Source of the DNA: a virus | Lineage: Duplodnaviria; Heunggongvirae; Uroviricota; Caudoviricetes | DNA: 64,000 nt | Reading direction: 5' to 3' (one strand) | Virus record (IMG/VR): IMGVR_UViG_3300025122_006001 | Part shown: piece by piece, positions 27,951 to 38,336 of the stretch | Position numbering within the stretch: the stretch's first letter is position 1 | How the letters are laid out: every line of letters begins with the position of its first letter | The notes under the pieces: generated by a model | Told to the model about the DNA's origin: nothing | What the model saw: only the letters and a program-made list of their open reading frames with translations | Database searches by the model: none | Position numbers and translations under genes: made by a program

Positions 27951-28301
27951 TTATGTTCCCTTTGCCAACTCGTATATTTGTATAATTTCTTTATCTGTCA
28001 TCTCTTCTATCGTTTTTCCGACTGGCCCATCTCGTGCCATGCATCGATTATCAACTCTTTCGATAATTTCAGCTATTTGTTTTAAGCGTTTACGTGATTG
28101 TTCTTCTTTTATAATTTCTTGAAGCGTATCTCTTAGCCTCTTCATTGTTTTATCGCAAACAGGACCTTTAGAAGGCTCTTTTTTCTTCATTGGCAATTTC
28201 TTCCTGGTTTTTAGTTTCTTAGGTTTATGTGGTTTCCGTCTATTATGTAGAAGGTAAACCATCCCCAAAGGCAAATACACAAAATACTCTAAACAATACA
28301 A
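27951..28301 (-). CDS. hypothetical protein (116 aa)
   Basis: ORF track entry; basic N-terminus. Confidence 0.3.
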   Translation of the reverse strand: MYCLEYFVYLPLGMVYLLHNRRKPHKPKKLKTRKKLPMKKKEPSKGPVCDKTMKRLRDTLQEIIKEEQSRKRLKQIAEIIERVDNRCMARDGPVGKTIEEMTDKEIIQIYELAKGT

Positions 28302-28478
28302 TTGTCGCCAAAAGAACCCCCAATCCCAACAAGCGTAAAAGCTAATGAAACAAACATCTCCAGGAAATCACAAGAATCTCTTATGCTCTCTATCCCATAT
28401 ACTATTACACAAATCAACGCAAGCGCACACCCCAATGCCATTAAGCCAAAGCATATTGCTACCAGCAGAGCAAACATA

Positions 28479-30131
28479 TCACAAATCCTTTATGATTTCT
28501 CTGGCTGCGTGCTTCCCTACTAGCCCCATCACCCCTCCTCCAGGATGAGCAGCAGCACCACAAAGATACAAGCCCTTTATGGGCGTCCTGTAATCACAGC
28601 ATGACATCGATGGACGAGTCATAAACAAATTCGAGAAATCCATTGCTCCTTGAAAAATATTGCCTCCTGTTAATCCATATGTTTTTTCAAGATCTTCTGG
28701 CAAGAGAACCTGACTATGTAAAATCAATTCTTCAAATCTTGAACAATAAGGAGCCAAAGCTCTCATAACTCTTTGAAATAAAAAATCTCTTCTTATTGTC
28801 AAGTCGTTTTCATCTTGTAAACCCATATAGGCAACATACTGTATAAAAATAGACATTATATGTTTACCAGCAGGAGCGATACTTGAATCAACAATAGAAG
28901 GGGTGGTAATTTCAAGCACTGGCTTTTCTGACATACATTCATCGATTTCTTTGCTCCCAAAACGAGCATCGTAATATGCCTGTTCAATATATCGCATGCT
29001 AGGAGCGATATGAATAGTCCCATTGCATCTTCCAGGATGATTTCCAATAAAATTGGGAAGATCATCGAGAGCTAAATTAATTTTTGCACTCGCAGACGAA
29101 TAGTCAACACGATTGATATCGGCTGGCATTGCGATAAGAGGAGGATTACACTTGCGTAAAGTGGTTCTGGCATCAATACTAGAAGCGACAGCATCGCACT
29201 CAATAAACCTATTGTCAGCGACAAGAGTAAGTCCATATACAGAATTTTTTACTACACGAATTTCAGAGATAGGAGATTCGCGACATATTTCAACACCTCT
29301 TTGTCTACAAACTCTTTCAAGGGCATCAGCTAAGCCTCCCATCCCTCCTTGCACATATCCCCAGATGCCACGGTCGCCAGTCGCGTTTCCCATTACATGA
29401 TGCAAAAGAACATATGCAGTCCCAGGATGAGTAGGAGATCTAAACGCACCTATAACAGCATCTGTAGCGAGAGTTGCTTTCAATATATCTGAGCTAAACC
29501 ATGTATCTAGTAAAGAAGCTGCATCTTTGAATAGAAAATCTAATAGCCTCTGAATATTAACTGTTTTATCTGCTTTGAAAGCTTTCGGAATTGTTGATAG
29601 AAAAGACATTAATTCCGCAAATTTTATAATTACTCCTATTCTTTTAGAAGAAATAGCAACGGGCGTTTGATATAAGAAAGGCTCAATCACCTTTGCAAAC
29701 TTTTCCAACCATTGATTATATTGAGCAAAACGCTCCGCATCCATAGTATTATAAAAACCTATGGAAGATTTATTAAGATGAGTATCTGCTCCTAAAAGCA
29801 ATCCTGGGCCACTTAAATCAGGGGTATAAGAAGACGGTTCTCTCTTGAGCAACTTAAAACCGTTATCCTCTAGCTTTAAACCGTTGATTATACTTCTATC
29901 GAGTAAGCTCACGACATAAGCAGCGGGAGAGACTTTAAAGCCTGGCCATAGCTCTTCTGTCGATGCACATCCACCCAGGATGCCCCTCGCCTCATAAACA
30001 GTTACCCTGTGTTTTTCTGCAAGATAAGCAGCACATATCAAGCCATTGTGCCCGCCGCCAATGATAACGATATGTTTTTTGCGTCTAAACATTGTGTATA
30101 AATTCTCACCCCCACCAATAGTTAGTGACAA
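28479..30131 (-). CDS. FAD-dependent oxidoreductase of the phytoene desaturase (CrtI)/amine oxidase family
   Basis: N-terminal Rossmann IVIIGGGHNGLICAAYLAEK; C-terminal LYLCGAAAHPGGGVMGLVGKHAARE, typical of the CrtI family; 550 aa. Confidence 0.6.
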   Translation of the reverse strand: MSLTIGGGENLYTMFRRKKHIVIIGGGHNGLICAAYLAEKHRVTVYEARGILGGCASTEELWPGFKVSPAAYVVSLLDRSIINGLKLEDNGFKLLKREPSSYTPDLSGPGLLLGADTHLNKSSIGFYNTMDAERFAQYNQWLEKFAKVIEPFLYQTPVAISSKRIGVIIKFAELMSFLSTIPKAFKADKTVNIQRLLDFLFKDAASLLDTWFSSDILKATLATDAVIGAFRSPTHPGTAYVLLHHVMGNATGDRGIWGYVQGGMGGLADALERVCRQRGVEICRESPISEIRVVKNSVYGLTLVADNRFIECDAVASSIDARTTLRKCNPPLIAMPADINRVDYSSASAKINLALDDLPNFIGNHPGRCNGTIHIAPSMRYIEQAYYDARFGSKEIDECMSEKPVLEITTPSIVDSSIAPAGKHIMSIFIQYVAYMGLQDENDLTIRRDFLFQRVMRALAPYCSRFEELILHSQVLLPEDLEKTYGLTGGNIFQGAMDFSNLFMTRPSMSCCDYRTPIKGLYLCGAAAHPGGGVMGLVGKHAAREIIKDL

Positions 30132-30315
30132 TAACAGATAATTGGGTAAGACCTAAAACAGCAATTAAAGCAAGCCCTATGAGCATAACAACCCTCGATG
30201 TTGTATGCCACATTGAGCCTTCGCCATAATATTTTGATAAATACGGTTCAAGACCGAGAACGCTCATAATACAAACAGCAGCGATTAAAATTGAATACAT
30301 AAAAAAGGGATGCAT
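30106..30315 (-). CDS. small 2-TM membrane protein
   Basis: Hydrophobic 69-aa ORF. Confidence 0.3.
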   Translation of the reverse strand: MHPFFMYSILIAAVCIMSVLGLEPYLSKYYGEGSMWHTTSRVVMLIGLALIAVLGLTQLSVIVTNYWWG

Positions 30316-30317
30316 CT

Positions 30318-30536
30318 TTAAATTCCTGCTGCTTCGTTAGGAGTTCTATACGTTGTTTCTGCATAATCCTCATCAACATCATCTGATGAGAATTCATCAG
30401 CCGTAAAACAATGACCGCAATGACAACACTTTAATGCTTCAATATCAGGACGCGTCATATCAGACGGATCGCCATCGTTAACCCAAACTTCTTTCTCGCA
30501 TTTTGGACACCCAAAGCTATAAATTGCAGTAGTCAT
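30318..30536 (-). CDS. small Zn-ribbon protein (72 aa)
   Basis: CPKCEKE..CCHCGHC. Confidence 0.3.
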   Translation of the reverse strand: MTTAIYSFGCPKCEKEVWVNDGDPSDMTRPDIEALKCCHCGHCFTADEFSSDDVDEDYAETTYRTPNEAAGI

Positions 30537-30754
30537 TCGTTATTTCTTTCATCAATAGTTTCAAAAGTATTCCGAACGACCATAACAAAAATATGAATTA
30601 TTATGCCAACAAAAATGATAGGCCAGAAAGCCATGTAAATCGGAAATAACATTTTTCTTTTAACATTACAATGCTCTACAGAAAAAAACCAAGTAACAAT
30701 GCCACCCATAACATAGAAGAAAATGTCGAAGAAAATGTCGATCGGCAATGGCAT
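30533..30754 (-). CDS. small 2-TM membrane protein
   Basis: Hydrophobic 73-aa ORF. Confidence 0.3.
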   Translation of the reverse strand: MPLPIDIFFDIFFYVMGGIVTWFFSVEHCNVKRKMLFPIYMAFWPIIFVGIIIHIFVMVVRNTFETIDERNNE

Positions 30755-31011
30755 TAGCGTGTTTCCTTAGTTCTTACCCTTCGCATAGCATTATCCGTCG
30801 CATGATCTGCTAAATGCATAGCCCTATTTACGTTTCCTCCGCTTCTCCTTGCGATTCTAGACAGTTGTGTGCAAAGACACTCTATAGGAGTTCTTCCATC
30901 TCTTGGAATGTGCCAAAACGCATGAAAACCAGTGCAACCCCACAAAATGTCCTCTAGGTCGAGAACAGAAGCTTCAGGAAAATAATGACGCACTAACTCT
31001 ATATAAGTCAT
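30754..31011 (-). CDS. hypothetical protein (85 aa)
   Basis: ORF track entry. Confidence 0.3.
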   Translation of the reverse strand: MTYIELVRHYFPEASVLDLEDILWGCTGFHAFWHIPRDGRTPIECLCTQLSRIARRSGGNVNRAMHLADHATDNAMRRVRTKETR

Positions 31012-31149
31012 AATGCTCCTTCTAATCTAAAAACGTGTAAATTATAACTCATGGTGCAACCGTATAGCAAATTTTAGCTCCGTCGCCGTTCACAATCAAT
31101 ATCCCTATAATATTTCTAGCAGACTTTCCAAAAATTGCAGAATTCATAA

Positions 31150-31222
31150 TACTTCCACATGGACTCGAACCATGAACTCGATTTTAGAAGAATCGAATGA
31201 TATCCTGTTTCACCATAGAAGT
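31150..31222 (-). tRNA. tRNA-Arg (UCU)
   Basis: Minus strand: acceptor ACTTCTA/TGGAAGT (one G-U); T arm CATGG TTCGAGT CCATG; anticodon stem CGATT/AATCG with loop C-U-UCU-A-A. Confidence 0.6.
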
Positions 31223-31447
31223 TTAAAATTTCTCTACAACCACTGACAATAAATCTCCTTGTCTAGCAAGCCAAAACCTTACTTCGCCGTTATGCTCGTC
31301 CGCATCTTTTAATGCTTGGTTAATAGCTGATTTACTTCCGCTATTAAATCCTTCTCGTTCAAGAAAATCACGAGTCACAACATCAAAGTCAACACGCACC
31401 GCAGCAGGCGTAGCAGGCGTAGCAGGCGTAGCCTTAAAATCATCCAT
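31223..31447 (-). CDS. hypothetical protein with a (TPA)3 repeat
   Basis: Contains a 9-bp tandem repeat gcaggcgta x3 at 31404..31430. Confidence 0.35.
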   Translation of the reverse strand: MDDFKATPATPATPAAVRVDFDVVTRDFLEREGFNSGSKSAINQALKDADEHNGEVRFWLARQGDLLSVVVEKF

Positions 31448-31475
31448 CTATATAGGAATATGTAAATATAAATTA

Positions 31476-31485
31476 TTCTGGAGAA
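31476..31485 (-). promoter_or_regulatory. TTCTCCAGAA motif (minus orientation) 29 nt upstream of the start at 31447
   Basis: Plus strand reads ttctggagaa, which is the reverse complement of the motif. Confidence 0.3.
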
Positions 31486-31580
31486 TAAAGCAGCGACATA
31501 CGAGGAAACGCCGGTGTTCTCGTATGCCGCTGCGACAACAACAAATAAAGTATCGGCTTTAAATGTTGCCGCCAGGGTGA

Positions 31581-31958
31581 TTATCGTGATCTCGAACGAG
31601 TGCCGCCAAGAATATTTCTCATCGCTTTCTCGTTCTTAGCGATTCTTTCTTTAACGCAGTTCTGGAGAGCAACATTTAACTCCTGTAAAATATCAGCGGG
31701 ACTGCTGCTCCAGCTTTTAGGTTTCACAGGAAACTGTAAAACAAATTTGCCGTCTATGTCGGGAATCAACTTTATTTGTCGCAAATCATCATTCTCAACT
31801 GCTAATTTTGCAGCATCGAGGATTTTATCAGTAAGCGAACCATAATTTTTTTCAGGTTTCTGGGAAACAGCACTGACGGGCTTTGCGGGCTGAAGTCCGC
31901 TTTGCGGAGCATACGACTGTGCAAAGCTTCTTGCTGCAGTAGTGTGATGAGTAGTCAT
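31581..31958 (-). CDS. hypothetical protein (125 aa)
   Basis: ORF track entry. Confidence 0.35.
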   Translation of the reverse strand: MTTHHTTAARSFAQSYAPQSGLQPAKPVSAVSQKPEKNYGSLTDKILDAAKLAVENDDLRQIKLIPDIDGKFVLQFPVKPKSWSSSPADILQELNVALQNCVKERIAKNEKAMRNILGGTRSRSR

Positions 31959-32272
31959 TAAATTGCTCCTTAAATAGGGATTAAAAGAGCAATTATATCA
32001 ATCTATTTATCACTCGCGAGCTAGCACCAAGGATTGAAATGCATGCTAATATCATTAATAATACAACAATCCCGAGCATCCACCAAAAATCTCGCATTCT
32101 AGTCCAGAAATCACGAGAGGCGGTTAATGCGACAGGTATGGTTTGATCTGATTTTTTTTATTTAGTTCAATTAAATTCAATACTGCCGATCTTTTAGAAT
32201 ATGCGATATTCGTGCACACAATACCGCCTAATAACCAAATTATTGAGCTAACCAGGGGCGCTATAAGAATCA

Positions 32273-33430
32273 TCACGTAACTCCAAAAGAAAAGTCATTG
32301 TTAATTTTCGCCGCATGTTTAATAAACAAATATTCATCTTTATTTTGATCTGGTGTAAATTGCGGCTTTGCCTGATTGAATATCATAACTTCTTGAATTC
32401 CAGCGGCTTCCAACATTTTCAATATTTCTTCATATTCTCCATCTTCCCAACGCAAATCTATGCCGTTCTTTTGTAACATCAGAGGCATTGAGATTGCTGC
32501 GATAATCGCAGATGGCGGATAAAATGCCATTGCGGCATCAAGTCGCTGCTGACACCATGCGATCAGTGGCATCCCCATATTATCTCTACTTGCTTGATTT
32601 TTTGGCCCATAAAAAACAGGAACAGCGAATGGGGCAACTCCAGGAATATTTGGATGACTAGGAGAAAGCCATGGTGCGATTCTGTCCCACGCCCATTTAT
32701 GCTCTACTTCCCTTCGGTCTTCGATTGGTGGGCTGATGCCCCAATCTAAAGCCCTCGTATGCGAACGTCCTCCCCAATCACAATAACGACCTGAAATCCC
32801 CGCGACCATTTGTCTAAATGCCTCATTCCTGACAAAATTGTCAAGAACTTCTATCATTTGTATTGCTTTTAGCGAATCCGTAATTGGATTTCCCTGATTG
32901 TCTTTCCGAGTAATAGTGTCCTGAACTTCACTTTCATCAAGAAATGTTTGACCAGGAAAGCCTACTCCCAGAAGAGGTTCAGTTTTCCATCTTGGGTCTT
33001 TTACCATGTTACGAAAACACTCATTTATTTTCAGACTACTTTGCCATCTACTGAAATGTGTTTCATTATCAAAACTCCACAAAACAGGATTCATAGACGG
33101 AGTAAGCAATCCTTGCAACTGCTTAATAAATCCATTCCAGTAATTAATTCCATGGTTTGGCCAAATACCAGGAGTGTCCCACGGAGTGGCATCTAGCTCA
33201 TTAAATAAATAATGATCTCTTCGCCAGCTAGGTCCTTTGTAGTTCCCGCCAACCGCCCAAAGCTCCACATACACAGGCAAGCCATCGCCTCTTCTGGCAT
33301 ATTCATCTAAAAACTTCTGTGCGTAGAAAGCGAGAGTGTCATTCTTGTCTCTTTTAATTGTATATTTGGGAATAATATAGGGGCGTTTAGACGTATCGAT
33401 CTGAAGAGGATACCTAGTTATAAATTGCAT
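32273..33430 (-). CDS. hypothetical protein (385 aa)
   Basis: Long ORF, Trp-rich, possibly a carbohydrate-active fold; no motif assigned. Confidence 0.4.
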   Translation of the reverse strand: MQFITRYPLQIDTSKRPYIIPKYTIKRDKNDTLAFYAQKFLDEYARRGDGLPVYVELWAVGGNYKGPSWRRDHYLFNELDATPWDTPGIWPNHGINYWNGFIKQLQGLLTPSMNPVLWSFDNETHFSRWQSSLKINECFRNMVKDPRWKTEPLLGVGFPGQTFLDESEVQDTITRKDNQGNPITDSLKAIQMIEVLDNFVRNEAFRQMVAGISGRYCDWGGRSHTRALDWGISPPIEDRREVEHKWAWDRIAPWLSPSHPNIPGVAPFAVPVFYGPKNQASRDNMGMPLIAWCQQRLDAAMAFYPPSAIIAAISMPLMLQKNGIDLRWEDGEYEEILKMLEAAGIQEVMIFNQAKPQFTPDQNKDEYLFIKHAAKINNDFSFGVT

Positions 33431-33473
33431 TCAATTACTTTCGCATTAAATCACTTATTTACCTCTGTGTTGA

Positions 33474-33809
33474 CTATTCCACCACCGCGCTATCAGAAGC
33501 TATTTTTGTAGATTCAATTCTTCGCATCTGAGCTTTCCAGGCGATAGAAGGTTGCCTATACATAGTTTGCATTGTATTCGCGTAATCATAAAAAATCCCC
33601 TGAATCATCGAAGATTGCCAAAACAGAAAAATTGACAGAACAATACCAATACAACCCGCTATCCTGAAAAGAGATTGAGCTAAATCGACAATAACAGACG
33701 ATTTAACAGCAACTTCTTTAATAGGAGGGTGTATCTTTGCAATTTTTTCTGGCGGAACATCGACCACCGTGGCAACTTTTTCTTTTTCGAATACAGTCGT
33801 CTGAGCCAT
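33474..33809 (-). CDS. small membrane protein (111 aa)
   Basis: One central TM segment. Confidence 0.3.
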   Translation of the reverse strand: MAQTTVFEKEKVATVVDVPPEKIAKIHPPIKEVAVKSSVIVDLAQSLFRIAGCIGIVLSIFLFWQSSMIQGIFYDYANTMQTMYRQPSIAWKAQMRRIESTKIASDSAVVE

Positions 33810-33960
33810 GGGTTCATCCTTTCAAAAGCTAGCAACTATTCCAAATATTTGTTACTAGCAAGGGCATGTAAAAAAAACGAGGAAGAGGGCTGACAACGGA
33901 CATCAGCTCGGCAGACCCGACATTACGGGCTCTCCCTTGTTTTACCTTTGGAACTCTTGC

Positions 33961-34908
33961 TCAATTGTTCGCGGGAGTCGTTGGTTTCATCTGGTCAATC
34001 GCGTTTCTCAAGGTTACAGTGTTCAATATGTCTGGATTCATGGTGGAATAAGGCATCATAAACACAGTATTGCTCGGGCTTGTTGCCAGCTTTGTGGCAA
34101 TCTCCGACAACACTTCAAGCTGTCTCCACATTAAAAACTGATCAGTTAATTGCTCCCCCAGGATTTTATACTCGCCCGCCTGTGCCGTTGCACGAACAAG
34201 CCTCACTTTAGCTTCTTCTGTTTCAACTGCCACCATCCGCTCTGCCTCTGCGAGTCGAGCCTGAGCTAACGCGGCTTTCCTCTCTTCTTCAAGCTGCACG
34301 TTCTTAATTTCCTCTCGTTTCGCCTTTACTGATTCAGGATAATCGATATTAGACAACAAAACAGCAGAAACCTTGACAGGGTATTTAAGGGCAGTAACCC
34401 TTTCTATTACAGCCGATTGAATATCTGCTTCTAATGCTGCCCTGTTCGGACGAATGTCATCTGTAGACTTTACGCTGATAATATTTCTGCAAGTCCCTCT
34501 AACAACATCAGCAACCGCCATCTTATAGAACTCATCGAGAGATAGTTCATATCCGCTAAGTTCTCCTCCCTCTACTTGTTTCGTTGGCATTTTTGATTTT
34601 ATGAATTCGATAGATTCTTCCGACACATCGAAGCTTATCAGAGCTTTGGCATCAACGTCCATGTTAACTTCGTCTGCGCACAAAATTTTCATACTCTCTT
34701 TGTAGCTTTTAAACCTTCCATCAACAAAATATTTTCTATCTCTTCCATATGCCCGGTAAACACCTTTGTCAATAATTTGTGTTTTTCCGTCTGCGCTGAC
34801 AATAATCACAATCTTGCCAGCAGGGACTGTTTCGCCCACACATCCCGTGAGCACACCCACGCACAAAACAAGACACATGATCTGAATCGTTTTCATCACA
34901 GTTAGCAT
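33961..34908 (-). CDS. SPFH/band-7 (HflK/C-stomatin-like) domain lipoprotein
   Basis: Signal plus lipobox LVLCVGVLTGC; SPFH-like core; C-terminal Ala/Glu-rich coiled coil EEERKAALAQARLAEAERMVAVETEEAK. Confidence 0.55.
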   Translation of the reverse strand: MLTVMKTIQIMCLVLCVGVLTGCVGETVPAGKIVIIVSADGKTQIIDKGVYRAYGRDRKYFVDGRFKSYKESMKILCADEVNMDVDAKALISFDVSEESIEFIKSKMPTKQVEGGELSGYELSLDEFYKMAVADVVRGTCRNIISVKSTDDIRPNRAALEADIQSAVIERVTALKYPVKVSAVLLSNIDYPESVKAKREEIKNVQLEEERKAALAQARLAEAERMVAVETEEAKVRLVRATAQAGEYKILGEQLTDQFLMWRQLEVLSEIATKLATSPSNTVFMMPYSTMNPDILNTVTLRNAIDQMKPTTPANN

Positions 34909-34934
34909 CCTTTCTTAAAGAGTAAAACACAAAA

Positions 34935-35372
34935 CTATTCAAACTTTTTATTCTCTTCTGCTGACTCTTCTGCTTCCGCCTCATCCTTCTCTGTTATTTG
35001 ATCAATGAATTCTTTGAGATCTGTCATTTTTTCTTCCTGCTGTTCCATGGCCTCTTCTCGCAGCTTTTCACTCACCACTCCTGGTTTGTGCTCACCTTCT
35101 TTCGGCTCAAGGGAGCCAACTTTTTCGTTCTTTATCTCACCAGGATGTGTAGTTGGCTCAAAAACATATCCTCGAAGGACTAGGCTAATAAGAAAAACAA
35201 CGACAAAACCCACCAAAAGATATTTATATACACGGCCAAGCGTCCAGCCCACTTCTTTCAAACATGTATTTATTTCTGCGCCAAATAACAGTCTAATAGC
35301 AATCAAAACTATTGCACCGACAATAAAAGCAACACCAAAACCGATTAGAAAAGGCACATTGAACATGGGCAT
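34935..35372 (-). CDS. 2-TM membrane protein with an acidic C-terminal tail (SPFH partner candidate)
   Basis: Two N-terminal TM helices followed by a Glu-rich tail. Confidence 0.35.
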   Translation of the reverse strand: MPMFNVPFLIGFGVAFIVGAIVLIAIRLLFGAEINTCLKEVGWTLGRVYKYLLVGFVVVFLISLVLRGYVFEPTTHPGEIKNEKVGSLEPKEGEHKPGVVSEKLREEAMEQQEEKMTDLKEFIDQITEKDEAEAEESAEENKKFE

Positions 35373-35377
35373 GAAAT

Positions 35378-35737
35378 TTACCCTTTTGTTAAATCCTTAA
35401 CAGGAACTTTTGCATCTTGCGACAACTTTACCATCATACTAGTTCCCCTTCCACCTGGGAAAGCAACTACTAAATCGGGCTTGCCTTCTTCTAGCATTTG
35501 TTTATTTCTCAAATAACCAGCTTTTTTACCGTATCTACCCCAATTAGCAGGGAAGTCAAAATGCTGGAGACTGTTGGCTTCAGCCCATTTTTTCGCCAAA
35601 CTATCAGCTCCTTTTGCGTCTCCCTGAATAATAATGATTGTATCATAATCCCCAAACGTTACATAGTCTTCATAAAGAGAATTTAATACCTGATCTACTC
35701 GAATTTTATTTTTATAATCGCGACCGCCACACACCAA
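35378..35737 (-). CDS. SLOG-like (DUF2493/YspA-type) small protein
   Basis: CGGRDY..IIQGDAKGADSLAKKWA..FPANWGRYGKKAGYLRNKQML..VVAFPGG pattern; 119 aa; starts 14 nt after the kinase stop. Confidence 0.35.
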   Translation of the reverse strand: MVCGGRDYKNKIRVDQVLNSLYEDYVTFGDYDTIIIIQGDAKGADSLAKKWAEANSLQHFDFPANWGRYGKKAGYLRNKQMLEEGKPDLVVAFPGGRGTSMMVKLSQDAKVPVKDLTKG

Positions 35738-35751
35738 AACTTTAAAACACT

Positions 35752-37440
35752 TTATTTCATTTTTATGTGATATAATTTATTACCCTTCCCAAACAACAGT
35801 TTCGTGCCATCTTTAAATAGCTTTATATCACTGCTGATAGCTGGGTCATCTACTTGTTTTACACCCGTCGAATCTTTTTTGCTTGCAAAAAGCTCAAGTT
35901 CTTCATCTTCATTCACACACGCACACACGCCGGTATCAAGAACAACAAAATTCAACCCTGCAACCGCTACATCTTCTATAACTCGTTGGTCGTAAGATCT
36001 GTAATTAGAAGAGAATCGGAAAATGAATCTATCATATTTCCCTGCTTTTTCCCCAATAACCATTAATACATTCTTGTCGAATTTAGCATCAACAACGCGA
36101 TATTCATCCAACTCTTTAATTCGGATTTGATGATGCTCACCTGGTTCCGGAAACAGTGAAATATGATAGGCGCCTAACAAGTTCTGCACAACAACACCAT
36201 CGAACATATAGGTCGCTTGGTCGAGCACATTTGCCATTGGGCTTCCAACGGCATGTGTGACGTTATCTCCTATCTCAACAAATTCGATTTCGCTAACAGA
36301 CTCGCCATACTTAACGTAGACTCTGCCCTCATGCACCATAAAATCTTTACAAGCAGTTGTAGATCGAACTTGTCTTCTTCTCGTAATATCAACAAAATTT
36401 AGCATACCGCCGCTTAAGATTACTGCGATGGGTCGAGATAAAATGGGCGTTACTACAACATTGGCTTTATTCTGTTTGCCAATTTTTTTCTTATCTACAT
36501 AAATGTAATTCGGACATTCAGTAACCCTGATACCTTGCACAGATTCAAATCGCAAGACTTCTTCAATAAAATCTGCGATTTCTTGGATTTCAAAGTTATC
36601 TGTACCCACAACTTTAGCAACCTGAGGAGCGATTATAGCCGCAACAGCAACAAGGTCTTCTGGAGGAGCACATCGTTCGCCTCGTTCAAATACCGCTTTA
36701 TACCATTTTCTATATACTTCCGGAATAACATCAAATGGATAGCAAACACTTGGCAGTGAAGCCTTAGGATTGAACGCAGAAACATTATCTTGCATTCTCC
36801 TGTCAACCTCTTTCTTTCCATAATCGGGATGTCGCCCTCGATAAGGATGAGCCCCAATAAGAAATTGAAACGATGTCACAGCAAAAGAAAACCAATCAGT
36901 TCCCTGTGTAAACTTTTTTGAATGCCTGTCCCTTATCATCTCCATAATCGCCGTGGCCGGAAAACTTGGAGTCTGAAAGCTATTCGTATCAATCCAAAAA
37001 ACATCCTCAAAATCTTCGCTTAGAAGCAAATTTAGCTCATTGATATCAACAGCGAGAATATCATGAAGATGAATGTGTTTTAAAAGAAACTGTATTTTTC
37101 GGACTAATAACAAAGAATTGTCTGGCGTAATCCCGTTCCTGTCTTTAAAAGCACGAGTAAATGCTTGACACAATGCATGAGTATCTTCAACAAATTGCAT
37201 TGTATAGCCAACTGGTTTTTTCTTTTTGTCGAGTAATGCTGACTCCGGTTTAATAATATGAGGATCTGCAAGAACTGACAATTCATCAATTTTTTGAAGC
37301 GGGATCATTTTCCTTGGGTCAAGAAATATTTTATACCCTACTCCATCTTTGGCAAAAACCTTAGCTTCACCGCCAGCAGCAACGAAATGCCGCTGGTCGA
37401 GCCTAATTTTCTGATTGGTTCCTCTCTCGATAAAATCCAT
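35752..37440 (-). CDS. Hanks-type Ser/Thr protein kinase with a ~280-aa C-terminal extension
   Basis: VAAGGEAKVF (Gly loop), GYKIF (Lys), HDILAVDINELNLLL (catalytic loop, cf. HRDLKPENLLL), WIDTNSF (DFG-like), DWFSFAVTSFQFLIGAHPYRG (subdomain IX). Confidence 0.7.
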   Translation of the reverse strand: MDFIERGTNQKIRLDQRHFVAAGGEAKVFAKDGVGYKIFLDPRKMIPLQKIDELSVLADPHIIKPESALLDKKKKPVGYTMQFVEDTHALCQAFTRAFKDRNGITPDNSLLLVRKIQFLLKHIHLHDILAVDINELNLLLSEDFEDVFWIDTNSFQTPSFPATAIMEMIRDRHSKKFTQGTDWFSFAVTSFQFLIGAHPYRGRHPDYGKKEVDRRMQDNVSAFNPKASLPSVCYPFDVIPEVYRKWYKAVFERGERCAPPEDLVAVAAIIAPQVAKVVGTDNFEIQEIADFIEEVLRFESVQGIRVTECPNYIYVDKKKIGKQNKANVVVTPILSRPIAVILSGGMLNFVDITRRRQVRSTTACKDFMVHEGRVYVKYGESVSEIEFVEIGDNVTHAVGSPMANVLDQATYMFDGVVVQNLLGAYHISLFPEPGEHHQIRIKELDEYRVVDAKFDKNVLMVIGEKAGKYDRFIFRFSSNYRSYDQRVIEDVAVAGLNFVVLDTGVCACVNEDEELELFASKKDSTGVKQVDDPAISSDIKLFKDGTKLLFGKGNKLYHIKMK

Positions 37441-38327
37441 TACGATCCCACATGAATAGCAGCTACAGAAATATCATCTGCATTATGCCAATTGCGTTTC
37501 TTACAGTCTTTCAAAAAACGATCCATTCGTCGTTGTACAAATGCACCATTAAAATTCTTAAACCCTAGCAAAAGAGATAAGACATCTTGCCACGAAACAT
37601 CTTGTCTCGACCTTGATGTCTCAGTCTCAACAATCTCATAGAAATGAGTAAACCCATCGGAAAGAAGAAGAATCAGGTCAAACTCATAAAAATCAAACGC
37701 CCCACAAAAGGGAGGGATCGTAACAGAAGAATTAATTACTCTTATATTCAACAAAAATTTAATAGAGGAATGTATTTCCTCCTCTTGGCTATACCCATTT
37801 GCATCTTTTCGAAAAGTCTTTATTGTATTCTCGCCATGCCCCGCATCTTGGTATCTGAGTCGTCTTTCATTGTCACAAAGTAAATTTGGATAGAATGGCC
37901 ATTCGCCATCTCCTTGGTCTTCATATGCAGAATGATAGAGCAGAAAATCTCCATTTCGATATCGCCCAAGAACTATGCCGTCACCACACACTCCGACATC
38001 AACCTTGTTCCCCTCTTGATCTACGCGAGCGCATAAAAGAGTCGCATCTAGACATCGCCTACTCAATCCCAATGTAATACACGTCTTTTCAGATTGATTC
38101 ACGGCACGACTAAAAATCGTCCACCAGGGCTCGTAAGAAGAACGCCTGTCCGATGCGAGCATCGCGTGCGAAGCTAATATTCTCGCGCCAAAGTCGCTAT
38201 TTGGCGCAGACGAACAACCATCAGATAGGACAGCGGCGTTCTCATTACAAAGCGCGTAATCTTCACAGACACGATGCGTTGTACCTATAGCGAAAGCGCA
38301 GTCTGTAGATATCTTTCGCGAATCCAT
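37440..38327 (-). CDS. PP2C-family protein phosphatase
   Basis: HRVCEDY, VLSDGCSSAPNSDFGAR (DGxGG-like), LLLSDGFTHF, C-terminal ADDISVAAIHVG (DDiTv motif). Confidence 0.7.
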   Translation of the reverse strand: MDSRKISTDCAFAIGTTHRVCEDYALCNENAAVLSDGCSSAPNSDFGARILASHAMLASDRRSSYEPWWTIFSRAVNQSEKTCITLGLSRRCLDATLLCARVDQEGNKVDVGVCGDGIVLGRYRNGDFLLYHSAYEDQGDGEWPFYPNLLCDNERRLRYQDAGHGENTIKTFRKDANGYSQEEEIHSSIKFLLNIRVINSSVTIPPFCGAFDFYEFDLILLLSDGFTHFYEIVETETSRSRQDVSWQDVLSLLLGFKNFNGAFVQRRMDRFLKDCKKRNWHNADDISVAAIHVGS

Positions 38328-38336
38328 GCTAATGCC